A DNA stretch of 64,000 nt from a virus: positions 34,613 through 98,612 of the IMG/VR virus record IMGVR_UViG_3300045988_079296. The stretch is one strand, 5' to 3'. Both the position numbers and the translations under genes were made by a program. Below are positions 33,138 to 40,138 of this stretch, piece by piece; position 1 is the stretch's first letter; every line of letters begins with the position of its first letter. The notes beneath the pieces are model-generated. The model made no database searches and was not told the DNA's origin. It was given only the letters and a program-made list of their open reading frames with translations.

Positions 33138-33625
33138 CTTGTTAATACTTTTTGTAATTTCTTTCTTGCCATATGTATTCGGCTCTTAACTGTTCCCAGT
33201 GGTACTCCAAAGATTTCCGCCATACGTTCGTAGGTATAACCGCAAATCAAGTAGTTCATTGCAATTCTTTCTCCCTCTGGCAGAGCGTCAATTGCCTCTC
33301 GTATATCAAGAACTTTGGAAAGGTCATCCGTATCAGGAGCGTACAATTCAAGCCGTCCAAATATGTCTGCTCCTTCCGTCTCGCTTTCTACGACAAAGCC
33401 TTGTCTGGATGACCTCCGATACTCGTTAATGAACAAATTGCGCATTATGGTCAATCCCCAACCCAAGAGGTTTGAACCTTCCTCAAACTTATCCTTATTT
33501 CGTAGCATCTTCTCAACCGTATCATTACAAAGGTCAAGAGCGTTGTCCATACTATGAGGATAGTAGAACTTGGCTTGACGTACAAGACGGTCATACAATG
33601 CTGCTATTTCTTGCTCGAAGTCCAT
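33134..33625 (-). CDS. ECF-type sigma-70 family factor
   Basis: Region 2 (DLCNDTVEKMLRNKDKFEEGSNLLGWGLTIMRNLFINEYRR) and region 4 HTH (LPEGERIAMNYLICGYTYERMAEIFGVPLGTVKSRIHMARKKL). Confidence 0.85.
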   Translation of the reverse strand: MDFEQEIAALYDRLVRQAKFYYPHSMDNALDLCNDTVEKMLRNKDKFEEGSNLLGWGLTIMRNLFINEYRRSSRQGFVVESETEGADIFGRLELYAPDTDDLSKVLDIREAIDALPEGERIAMNYLICGYTYERMAEIFGVPLGTVKSRIHMARKKLQKVLTR

Positions 33626-33632
33626 ACGCTGA

Positions 33633-33651
33633 CTCTCTCTCTCTCTCTCTC
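33633..33651. repeat. (CT)9 / (GA)9 dinucleotide microsatellite between 33650-33847 and the ECF sigma gene
   Basis: Plus strand ctctctctctctctctctc. On the minus strand the upstream TGA stop is its first unit, and it ends 8 nt before the sigma ATG. Confidence 0.95.
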
Positions 33652-33847
33652 AACCTTCGGTCTTGTCTTCATTACTCTTCTTAGCTAAATGTCTAAATAT
33701 AGCTTTACCAACGCAACGTAATTGCTCATCGTTCATAGCCACAAGAAAGCTATAACTCCAACCGTTTAACGATATTCCCATTTCGGTCAAATCTTTTTGA
33801 TGCTTGGGGGTTTGAAACTTGACCTTTATGCCTACTTTCTTATTCAT
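33650..33847 (-). CDS. hypothetical protein (65 aa)
   Basis: Its TGA stop abuts the (GA)9 tract and is in frame with the sigma-factor ATG 27 nt downstream. Confidence 0.55.
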   Translation of the reverse strand: MNKKVGIKVKFQTPKHQKDLTEMGISLNGWSYSFLVAMNDEQLRCVGKAIFRHLAKKSNEDKTEG

Positions 33848-34037
33848 ACATTTTCTTATCGCTTGGAACTAATGTAACCTTACCGCACTTTTGACAATGC
33901 AAGGTCGTTATGGTTACTTCTCCCACGGGTTGATAAACTTTCTTCCGAACTCCCATTATATTGAATCTTTCTCGCTTTAAAGTTTCCCAACGGTGGAAAC
34001 AAAAGGCTTGCTTGATTAATCTCTTTAGTGTCTTCAT
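33840..34037 (-). CDS. small zinc-ribbon-like protein
   Basis: 65 aa with CFHRW ... CQKCGK. Confidence 0.55.
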   Translation of the reverse strand: MKTLKRLIKQAFCFHRWETLKRERFNIMGVRKKVYQPVGEVTITTLHCQKCGKVTLVPSDKKMYE

Positions 34038-34237
34038 ACTCTTTTAAGTGTAGTTATTTGCTTTGTAACTTTGTCTTCCAATATAGCTACTTTGACTGTT
34101 TCGTCAATCCATTGCTCCGCTTCCATCCTTCTTTTCAGAGGAACTTTCATATCAGCAAAAGCGTGTTGAGCCCAAGGCATACCTTCGATAAAGAAGAATA
34201 GACTCAACTCATATCTACTTTGTTGTTTATTCGCCAT
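34034..34237 (-). CDS. hypothetical protein (67 aa)
   Basis: ATGA-type overlaps on both sides. Confidence 0.55.
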   Translation of the reverse strand: MANKQQSRYELSLFFFIEGMPWAQHAFADMKVPLKRRMEAEQWIDETVKVAILEDKVTKQITTLKRV

Positions 34238-34445
34238 CAGGAGCTACGTTGTATTTGATTTCATACTCTTGACTTAATCTCTCCAGTTCGTCTAATTCAA
34301 CAACCCAAAGATAGGGGATGTCTCTTTTGGCTTCTATGAACCTATTCATGGCATTGCGTAAATCTACAATGCGCTTTTGGCGGCATTCTTCTTCCCAAAT
34401 AAATCTCGGCTTAACTCCCAATGGAGGTTTTTCTTCCTTTTCCAT
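34227..34445 (-). CDS. hypothetical protein (72 aa)
   Basis: ATG-initiated ORF preceded by ATTGTAAATAAAG. Confidence 0.55.
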   Translation of the reverse strand: MEKEEKPPLGVKPRFIWEEECRQKRIVDLRNAMNRFIEAKRDIPYLWVVELDELERLSQEYEIKYNVAPDGE

Positions 34446-34453
34446 ATCAATCT

Positions 34454-34696
34454 TTATTTACAATATCCAAATCTCTTTTCTACATCCCACTGGGTGAGGT
34501 TACTTCTTACTTTGCCCCTCCCTAATTTCTTTCCGCAACAGCCACATCTACGTTCTTCCCAAAGGTCGTATCTGAGGTGATGCGTATAAGAACCTTTCTT
34601 GAGAACTTTGTACTTTGGCTTAGCATACTCCGTACATATATGCTCATAATACGGATGCTTGCACCAAAGACGTTTTATGTACTTCCAAAGTTTCAT
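34454..34696 (-). CDS. small Cys/His-rich protein
   Basis: ATG 34696 forms an ATGA overlap with the stop of the DUF6527-like frame. WCKHPYYEHIC ... RRCGCCGKKLG. Confidence 0.55.
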   Translation of the reverse strand: MKLWKYIKRLWCKHPYYEHICTEYAKPKYKVLKKGSYTHHLRYDLWEERRCGCCGKKLGRGKVRSNLTQWDVEKRFGYCK

Positions 34697-35086
34697 GTCC
34701 AAACAATCTTATTAGCTCTTACAAAGTAATGAGCTTTATTAGGGCAATGTTTATTTAGCAAACTCGGATTAAAAGTAACCAAGTCGCCTTCTCTCTTATA
34801 CGTCCAATCCATATCGGAATGTTCTGTAACGGATATTGGAATATGAACTTTATTACCGCAGCCGCAAGGACAAAGATGAGTTGAGCACTCGCATTCCCTC
34901 GCTTACATACAATACTCCATAATGTAGCTTCTCTGGAAAGAACTCGCAAAAGACGGTATGATAAAACTTGTCAATCTTATTAGCAATTAACTCGTTGTAG
35001 TCGTACACCGATTTCATGACTTCCTCTTCCGACATAGGAACTATATGGCCATCTGTGAACTTATAACCAAAGTCTTTCTTTGTCAT
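34693..35086 (-). pseudogene. DUF6527-like Cys-rich protein gene with apparent +1 frameshift
   Basis: Frame A from ATG 35086 reads MTKKDFGYKF...FPEKLHYGVLYVSEG. The +1 frame is open from 34902 and reads (E)CECSTHLCPCGCGNKVHIPISVTEHSDMDWTYKREGDLVTFNPSLLNKHCPNKAHYFVRANKIVWT* (TGA 34695-34693). The joined sequence reproduces the layout I recall for DUF6527 (GvLYVS..., C.CGCG, W, PS, C..H.f...). The shift must lie within 34890-34902 (GAGGGAATG). Confidence 0.5.
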
Positions 35087-35099
35087 ACTATTCTTGTTT

Positions 35100-36341
35100 T
35101 CATTTCTTCTTTTTCTTAAATTGACCAAAGTAGTCTTTATTCTTAACCTTGTCTGCATTACGTTTCAGTTTGGACGGTGGAATTTTATCCTTTCCGCTTC
35201 CCTTGCCTCTCTCAATAGGCTCAAATATATCTTCGCTCGCTCCTTCCTTCGCAATCTCCGCTTCGGCATCAAAAGCGGCATTGCGTTTCTCCAAGTCTGC
35301 TTTTTGCTTCCGTATCTTCTTCAAGAACATTTCTTTGGTACGCTCGGCTGACGTCTTTTCCTGCTCTGTAACGTCCTCCGCTTTAATATCCTGAACTTCC
35401 CTACCAGATTGCCTTTCGATTGCTGTAAAGTCATACGCCATTGATGAAGGATACACCATTTCTGCATTCTCGTCATACTCTCCCGATATATCCACGAACT
35501 TCGCATAATATGAGTTATGAAGTCCAGCAATAAGTTTTCCCAAATCAAAGTTCATTCTTGCCGCTACACGCCCCAAGATAACTTCCTTGAGGTTTATAGT
35601 ACGCAAGATTTCCTTTTGGATATGGTTCTGAATAGTAACCTCAATATTTACATCCAAAGCTCCGTTAATGTTCAAGATGTCTCCTTCGGCTTCCTTCCGT
35701 ATTTGTTCCAACGTCCGTAGCATGCAATTGTACGCATCAATGGAGTTGAGCGCAATATATCTCGCTTTCATCTTAGAGTACATCCAACCCAGTTCGTCAA
35801 GTCTTGGTCTCTTATTGTAAAGTCTGACATCGGTTATCTTATTGCGGTATTCCTCACGCTTCCTTTCTATCTCTACAATATTCTGCTTCAAGACTTTCTT
35901 TACATCATCCTCGTCTATTGCTATTCCATTATCCTCTCCAAGTATTTTTACAACCTCTGGAATAGTGAACATACGCCCAAGGAGTTCCATTATATCTTCC
36001 TCGAAAGGAGAACGCTTCAAAACTGGCTTCCCATTAGTAGATTTCTTTCCTCCATTACAACCCATCCTACCATACGCCATCGCCTTGGCTACGCTCCTTT
36101 TGGAATTTAGAGTTATCCATTTCTTTTTGAGCTCCAATATATCTTCTTGTTCTTTGGGACTCAAATGGGCTATGAAAGTTTTGAGCCTATGAGGTAGCAT
36201 TGCTATATTGATTTCTTCTCCCGTAGATACAGTTTGTATTGGGTTTGTCAATATAGGATGCTTACAATAGGCTACCCACTTCAAATACTCTTTGGGGTTT
36301 ACAACGTCCTCTGGGATAGGTATTCTTTTTCTTTCTTCCAT
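35100..36341 (-). CDS. hypothetical protein with HTH-like segment
   Basis: 413 aa. FTIPEVVKILGEDNGIAIDEDDVKKVL is HTH-like. Coiled-coil middle and a K-rich C-terminus. A small terminase or regulator role cannot be decided. Confidence 0.65.
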   Translation of the reverse strand: MEERKRIPIPEDVVNPKEYLKWVAYCKHPILTNPIQTVSTGEEINIAMLPHRLKTFIAHLSPKEQEDILELKKKWITLNSKRSVAKAMAYGRMGCNGGKKSTNGKPVLKRSPFEEDIMELLGRMFTIPEVVKILGEDNGIAIDEDDVKKVLKQNIVEIERKREEYRNKITDVRLYNKRPRLDELGWMYSKMKARYIALNSIDAYNCMLRTLEQIRKEAEGDILNINGALDVNIEVTIQNHIQKEILRTINLKEVILGRVAARMNFDLGKLIAGLHNSYYAKFVDISGEYDENAEMVYPSSMAYDFTAIERQSGREVQDIKAEDVTEQEKTSAERTKEMFLKKIRKQKADLEKRNAAFDAEAEIAKEGASEDIFEPIERGKGSGKDKIPPSKLKRNADKVKNKDYFGQFKKKKK

Positions 36342-36368
36342 ATTTTATTTACAATTAGTTTTACAATA

Positions 36369-36376
36369 CAAACGTA
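36369..36376 (-). promoter_or_regulatory. possible weaker -7 box (TACGTTTG) upstream of 35100-36341
   Basis: Minus strand has TACGTTTGTA 28 nt before the ATG, but TCTA instead of TTTG at the -33 position. Confidence 0.3.
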
Positions 36377-36413
36377 TTATAATTGCTATTGTTTGTAGAA
36401 GAATAGCGTATCT

Positions 36414-36668
36414 TTACGTTTTGTGATATTCTTTCTTTAATCGTAAACGACGCAAGTGTATTACTATTGCAGGATGCGTTGGTAATATAGGTTCATACTC
36501 TGATATACGAATAATTTCCCAATCATCTTTCTTATCTATTGCGTTAGCTATTGCGTAGCGTTTGAGTTTAGAGAAAAGAAAGATGCGGAACTCTTTTGTA
36601 TTGTCTTTTTTGAGCTCCGCAGTTTCGTCATAACTTAGAATGAGTTTCTTTAGTTTTGCTTCTGTCAT
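36414..36668 (-). CDS. hypothetical protein (84 aa)
   Basis: ATG-initiated ORF with an ATGA overlap upstream. Confidence 0.55.
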   Translation of the reverse strand: MTEAKLKKLILSYDETAELKKDNTKEFRIFLFSKLKRYAIANAIDKKDDWEIIRISEYEPILPTHPAIVIHLRRLRLKKEYHKT

Positions 36669-37249
36669 TTTCTTTTTAGAATATTTTCAAACTTCTTTCC
36701 GTATTTCTCGTAATAAGCAAGCATTTGTTCCAATCTTTGGGCGGGAACTCTTTTTGATTCTTCTCTCTCGGAATTTCTTTCAAAACAAAGCCATAAAGGA
36801 ACATCAAAGAAGCTCTTGTACTCTATTTCTACATAATCCCGATACTTAGAATTATCAATTGCTTTCTTTATCAATTCTGCTCCTGACGAATATATGTTTG
36901 TATCATCTACAATAACGTCCATGTGGTTACTTTGGTCTATTGCACAAACTGTTATCTTTCTCCGTATATCTTGAAGCATTGGCGGTTGAGGCAATTCCTT
37001 CCTTGCCGTCTCAACTATCTCTCTTTTTGTTAAGTCATCCGCAAGAGGTTTTAAAAGTTCCAACGCCAATTCCTTCGCTTCCTCAAATTGGTCTGCCGTT
37101 AGGGGTTGGCGAACACTACCTGCTTTGAAGGAAGGATAACGGCTGCAAGTCATCGAAGCTCTGTCAGACGTTATGCAAATTGTTATTGACCTCCCTTCTT
37201 CCTCGCATACAAAGAATTGATTATTTACATGATAATAAGTCTTTTCCAT
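36665..37249 (-). CDS. hypothetical protein
   Basis: ATG 37249 (MEKTYYHVNNQFF...) lies 2 nt after the upstream TAG. The tracked start 37414 overlaps 163 nt of the upstream gene. Confidence 0.6.
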   Translation of the reverse strand: MEKTYYHVNNQFFVCEEEGRSITICITSDRASMTCSRYPSFKAGSVRQPLTADQFEEAKELALELLKPLADDLTKREIVETARKELPQPPMLQDIRRKITVCAIDQSNHMDVIVDDTNIYSSGAELIKKAIDNSKYRDYVEIEYKSFFDVPLWLCFERNSEREESKRVPAQRLEQMLAYYEKYGKKFENILKRK

Positions 37250-37251
37250 AC

Positions 37252-37794
37252 CTACATTTTGTTTAATATTCCATATATTACTTTCGTTTTCAAATAACCT
37301 TGTATCTCCCTTTGATAATGATAACCATCTTCCAATGGCGTCAATTCTTTCGTAGGTAGGAGCTGGGTTGCCATAGCAAAGTCTATCTTTGGAAGTCCGC
37401 AACCGTTCAACCAACGCTCTATCTTATCCGATACCTCAGCCCAAACTCCACCTCGCTTCAAGAGGTCGTGAAACTCTTCTATCAGCATCCGCTTTGCTTC
37501 TTTGGTTTGGAGACTTCCCGACATACATACTTTCTTACCCCAAGGAGTGTCTTTCATTATGATTATCGCTTTCGGTCTTGCACTATTCGGACTAAAAAGC
37601 AATTTCCAATACTTTTCGTCATTGTAGAGCAACTTATCTACGTTCCGATATAAGAACCCTTCAGACGTTCCCGAATATGACTCAGAAAGCATTGTAATCA
37701 CTTCGTCAAGATATTTCCTTTTCTCGTACCGATTATTCAAAATGATTGAACTGGTCTCTCTCTCTCTCTCTCTTGACTCTTCAATTCTCGCCAA
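37252..37794 (-). CDS. hypothetical protein; may be the C-terminal part of a (GA)n-interrupted gene
   Basis: The tracked ORF starts at TTG 37794. The first ATG is only at 37692. The frame is open through the (GA)9 tract and would join ORF 37737-38723 if one GA unit were lost. Confidence 0.55.
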   Translation of the reverse strand: MARIEESRERERETSSIILNNRYEKRKYLDEVITMLSESYSGTSEGFLYRNVDKLLYNDEKYWKLLFSPNSARPKAIIIMKDTPWGKKVCMSGSLQTKEAKRMLIEEFHDLLKRGGVWAEVSDKIERWLNGCGLPKIDFAMATQLLPTKELTPLEDGYHYQREIQGYLKTKVIYGILNKM

Positions 37795-38723
37795 ATATTC
37801 ATCTTTGGAACTATTATATGATTTGGGTCAATTTCTCCGTTCTTGCCATTATATAGAGGTCGGTGGTTAAACATATTAATGTACTCAACGTCCACTATAA
37901 CTTCTTGTTCGTTACAAAACTCCATTTCCATCTTTGGGTGATTATGAAGTCGGTGAGGTCTTTTAGCTGGTATGAATTCAACTTCCGTTCCTTCGGTTAT
38001 CGTAATAGGTTGACCGCTCTTCAATTGTTTATTCCATTCTTCGGCAAATTTATCAATTTCCTCTTTTGTAACGTTTTCGGGATTAATCTTCAATATGAAA
38101 TGGCCAGTTGGGTTTGTTATTCCATTATTCTTTCCAATAGCTCCTAATACCCATAACTTTTGTCTTTCAATCCATTCCATCTGCTGCTTTTTAGTTCGGA
38201 TATTATCAGGCATAAGGTCATCCAAATCGTCCATTATCATGAAGTTTGGTTTCTCGTTACCTCTTGCATATCTCCCCAATTCGGGCATTCCTTTTATTAC
38301 CGCATCGTCATATCCGTGAGGCTCGCGCATGGAATGAAACGTTGGCTCAAATATCGGCTCGTTCAAATATTCTCTTCGGAACTCGTCAGGAGATTTCCGC
38401 TTCATAGCTTCGGCAAACGAATTAATTGGATTTACGCCTTGATGCATCCATTCCATTTGTCTCTTAATCATATTATCCATAGCCTTAGCGTGGAATGCTA
38501 TTTGCTCTCGGATAATACGATTAACCAAACGTTTTGTCCATTTATTTCTCTTCGCTCCGTCTTTGAGCTTTACACGCTGATGATACGTCATTATCATTTT
38601 AGTAACCGAAGCAATCATTTCATTTGGGTATCTCCAATGCGGCTGAGTTTGCTCTATACATTCAATCTTATGGAACTCTTTCTTGAGCTTCCTTGGTATC
38701 TTTCTTCCTTTTAACTTTCCCAT
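37737..38723 (-). CDS. hypothetical protein (328 aa)
   Basis: ATG-initiated. The C-terminus ...LKSQERERERPVQSF* is encoded across the (GA)9 tract. Confidence 0.65.
   Translation of the reverse strand: MGKLKGRKIPRKLKKEFHKIECIEQTQPHWRYPNEMIASVTKMIMTYHQRVKLKDGAKRNKWTKRLVNRIIREQIAFHAKAMDNMIKRQMEWMHQGVNPINSFAEAMKRKSPDEFRREYLNEPIFEPTFHSMREPHGYDDAVIKGMPELGRYARGNEKPNFMIMDDLDDLMPDNIRTKKQQMEWIERQKLWVLGAIGKNNGITNPTGHFILKINPENVTKEEIDKFAEEWNKQLKSGQPITITEGTEVEFIPAKRPHRLHNHPKMEMEFCNEQEVIVDVEYINMFNHRPLYNGKNGEIDPNHIIVPKMNIWRELKSQERERERPVQSF
37755..37773. repeat. (TC)9 / (GA)9 dinucleotide microsatellite in the overlap of ORFs 37737-38723 and 37252-37794
   Basis: Plus strand tctctctctctctctctct. Encodes ERERER in one ORF and RERERE in the other. 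Confidence 0.95.
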
Positions 38724-39118
38724 CCCTTTGGCAGTATTATGTTTTCTTGTATTCCCAAATTCTTCTCCGCTTCACGGAATAGAGGAATGATTTCACTTTC
38801 CTCAAAACCTGCTATGCCGCATCCTATCTTAGTTACCAAGAAGTCCTTTTCAGGCATCGTCTTAGCATCCAAATAAAGTCGCATAATGCTCGTACCGATT
38901 GCTGAAAGACTCATCTTGTTACCTTCGGTTGTTAGAGTAGGTATTGCCCAACTTCTTCCAGTCAATCCTACATTTACGCCCCATTCAGCTCCGAACTCCT
39001 TATGAGCTTGCGCTGCTGCACCTCCGAAGTGTCTGCCGCCCATATTAGAACCAAATACAAATATTTCGTTGTCTCGCAGTTTAGACACTTGCTTCGGTGT
39101 ATGTTTTCTTCGTTTCAT
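38711..39118 (-). CDS. A1S_2505-family phage protein-like (SLOG/LOG-like fold?)
   Basis: NEIFVFGSNMGGRHFGGAAAQAHKEFGAEWGVNVGLTGRSWAIPT ... VTKIGCGIAGF matches my recollection of this family (IFVFGSN..G.HG.GAA..A...GA..G...G..G.SYAIPT...IGCGLAG). ATG 39118 is preferred because the tracked extension encodes a terminator hairpin. Confidence 0.5.
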   Translation of the reverse strand: MKRRKHTPKQVSKLRDNEIFVFGSNMGGRHFGGAAAQAHKEFGAEWGVNVGLTGRSWAIPTLTTEGNKMSLSAIGTSIMRLYLDAKTMPEKDFLVTKIGCGIAGFEESEIIPLFREAEKNLGIQENIILPKGWES

Positions 39119-39154
39119 ATTTCTATTCTGTTTGATTATGTTTAGTAACCTTGG

Positions 39155-39190
39155 ATAAAAAGAAAGAGCTACTTTCACAAGCAACTCTTT
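39155..39190 (-). terminator. terminator after 39217-39636
   Basis: 10-bp stem on the minus-strand RNA (two G-U pairs) between 39163-39172 and 39181-39190. Followed by CTTTTTATCC. Confidence 0.55.
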
Positions 39191-39216
39191 CCGAAAATAA
39201 ATCATTTGGTAAATAA

Positions 39217-39636
39217 TCAACTTTTCTTAAACTCTATTCCTAACATCTTACAAGTTGTTTCGTTGTAATAGTAGTATTCCCATATCTCTTGATTTCGGCA
39301 TATGAATCCATTACTTTGTACCCCTCTCAAAATAGTCTTAGTATATTCCAAACCATTATCTGAAAGTCTTGCTAAGTTTCTGCTCTCGCTTATTGTTACG
39401 GGTTGAACGGCTATTAACTTACCATGAGAAATAACGGCTACCAAGTCACCGTTTGATAATTCGCTCGGAATAAAGCGTTCATGGAACGAACTCTCAGAGC
39501 GTACATAGTCGCTACCTTCTTTGTTTACGTCCGTATAATTAACCGCATTAACCCAACTGCCGTCTGCATTCTTCATCTTCGGGTATTTTATAACCCGATA
39601 CACGTTGCCTTTGTAATACCAAACCTTATTGTTCAT
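39217..39636 (-). CDS. hypothetical protein (139 aa)
   Basis: ATG-initiated, ATGA overlap upstream, terminator downstream. Confidence 0.6.
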   Translation of the reverse strand: MNNKVWYYKGNVYRVIKYPKMKNADGSWVNAVNYTDVNKEGSDYVRSESSFHERFIPSELSNGDLVAVISHGKLIAVQPVTISESRNLARLSDNGLEYTKTILRGVQSNGFICRNQEIWEYYYYNETTCKMLGIEFKKS

Positions 39637-40010
39637 GATTTCAAACTTTCTTGATAAATGATTAATTCTTCTTTCTCTTTGGCAGTTAATTCCAATTTGA
39701 AGTCCTTCGGCAAAAGGTTTTCATATTCCTTCTTTTCGGGTTGTCTTGACCAAGAAGGAGTGTCAACATCCATTTCGTATTGAACCAACTCCCAATCGGC
39801 TTCTTTTATACCGCAACTTTGTATTTGGATTAATGCCATAGTTTTGGCTATCTCTAATTTGGTCTGACCTCGCCAACCAAACTCTGGAAAGGAAGTCATG
39901 CTCAACTGTCTGCCTCCGATACTCGGAGAAACAAGGTGTTGAAGATACATAACCCTCCCTTGTTTATCAATCGTTCTAAAACAATAGAACTTACTTTTTA
40001 TTGCTTCCAT
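39633..40010 (-). CDS. hypothetical protein
   Basis: First ATG at 40010 (MEAIKSKFYCFRT...). The tracked start 40094 is TTG. Confidence 0.55.
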   Translation of the reverse strand: MEAIKSKFYCFRTIDKQGRVMYLQHLVSPSIGGRQLSMTSFPEFGWRGQTKLEIAKTMALIQIQSCGIKEADWELVQYEMDVDTPSWSRQPEKKEYENLLPKDFKLELTAKEKEELIIYQESLKS

Positions 40011-40137
40011 TTTCTTTCCCTTTTTGTTCCTTCTTAACTTTGGGGACTGGAATGAACTTTCTTGGTTGTCTCGAAAGGTCTTCACCCTTCTCAATGTTTA
40101 GCTCGTTGTCTTGAGCTTTCTTCTTAATATCTTCCAT
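39991..40137 (-). CDS. small Lys-rich ORF (48 aa), possibly the displaced N-terminus of the next gene
   Basis: Own translation: MEDIKKKAQDNELNIEKGEDLSRQPRKFIPVPKVKKEQKGKENGSNKK*. The ATG is 1 nt after the helicase TAG. Removing one A from the A5 run (plus T5 40021-40025) fuses it in frame to MEAIKSKFY... Confidence 0.35.
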   Translation of the reverse strand: MEDIKKKAQDNELNIEKGEDLSRQPRKFIPVPKVKKEQKGKENGSNKK

Positions 40138-40138
40138 A

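Noticed and set aside
33633-33651. CRISPR array or tandem-repeat locus
   Set aside because: The only simple repeats are two (GA)9 tracts 4 kb apart. There is no repeat-spacer architecture anywhere in the window.
34755-34949. 64-aa ORF 34755-34949
   Set aside because: It overlaps the region where the third frame encodes a convincing Cys-rich DUF6527-like sequence, so I treat it as a by-product of the frameshifted locus.
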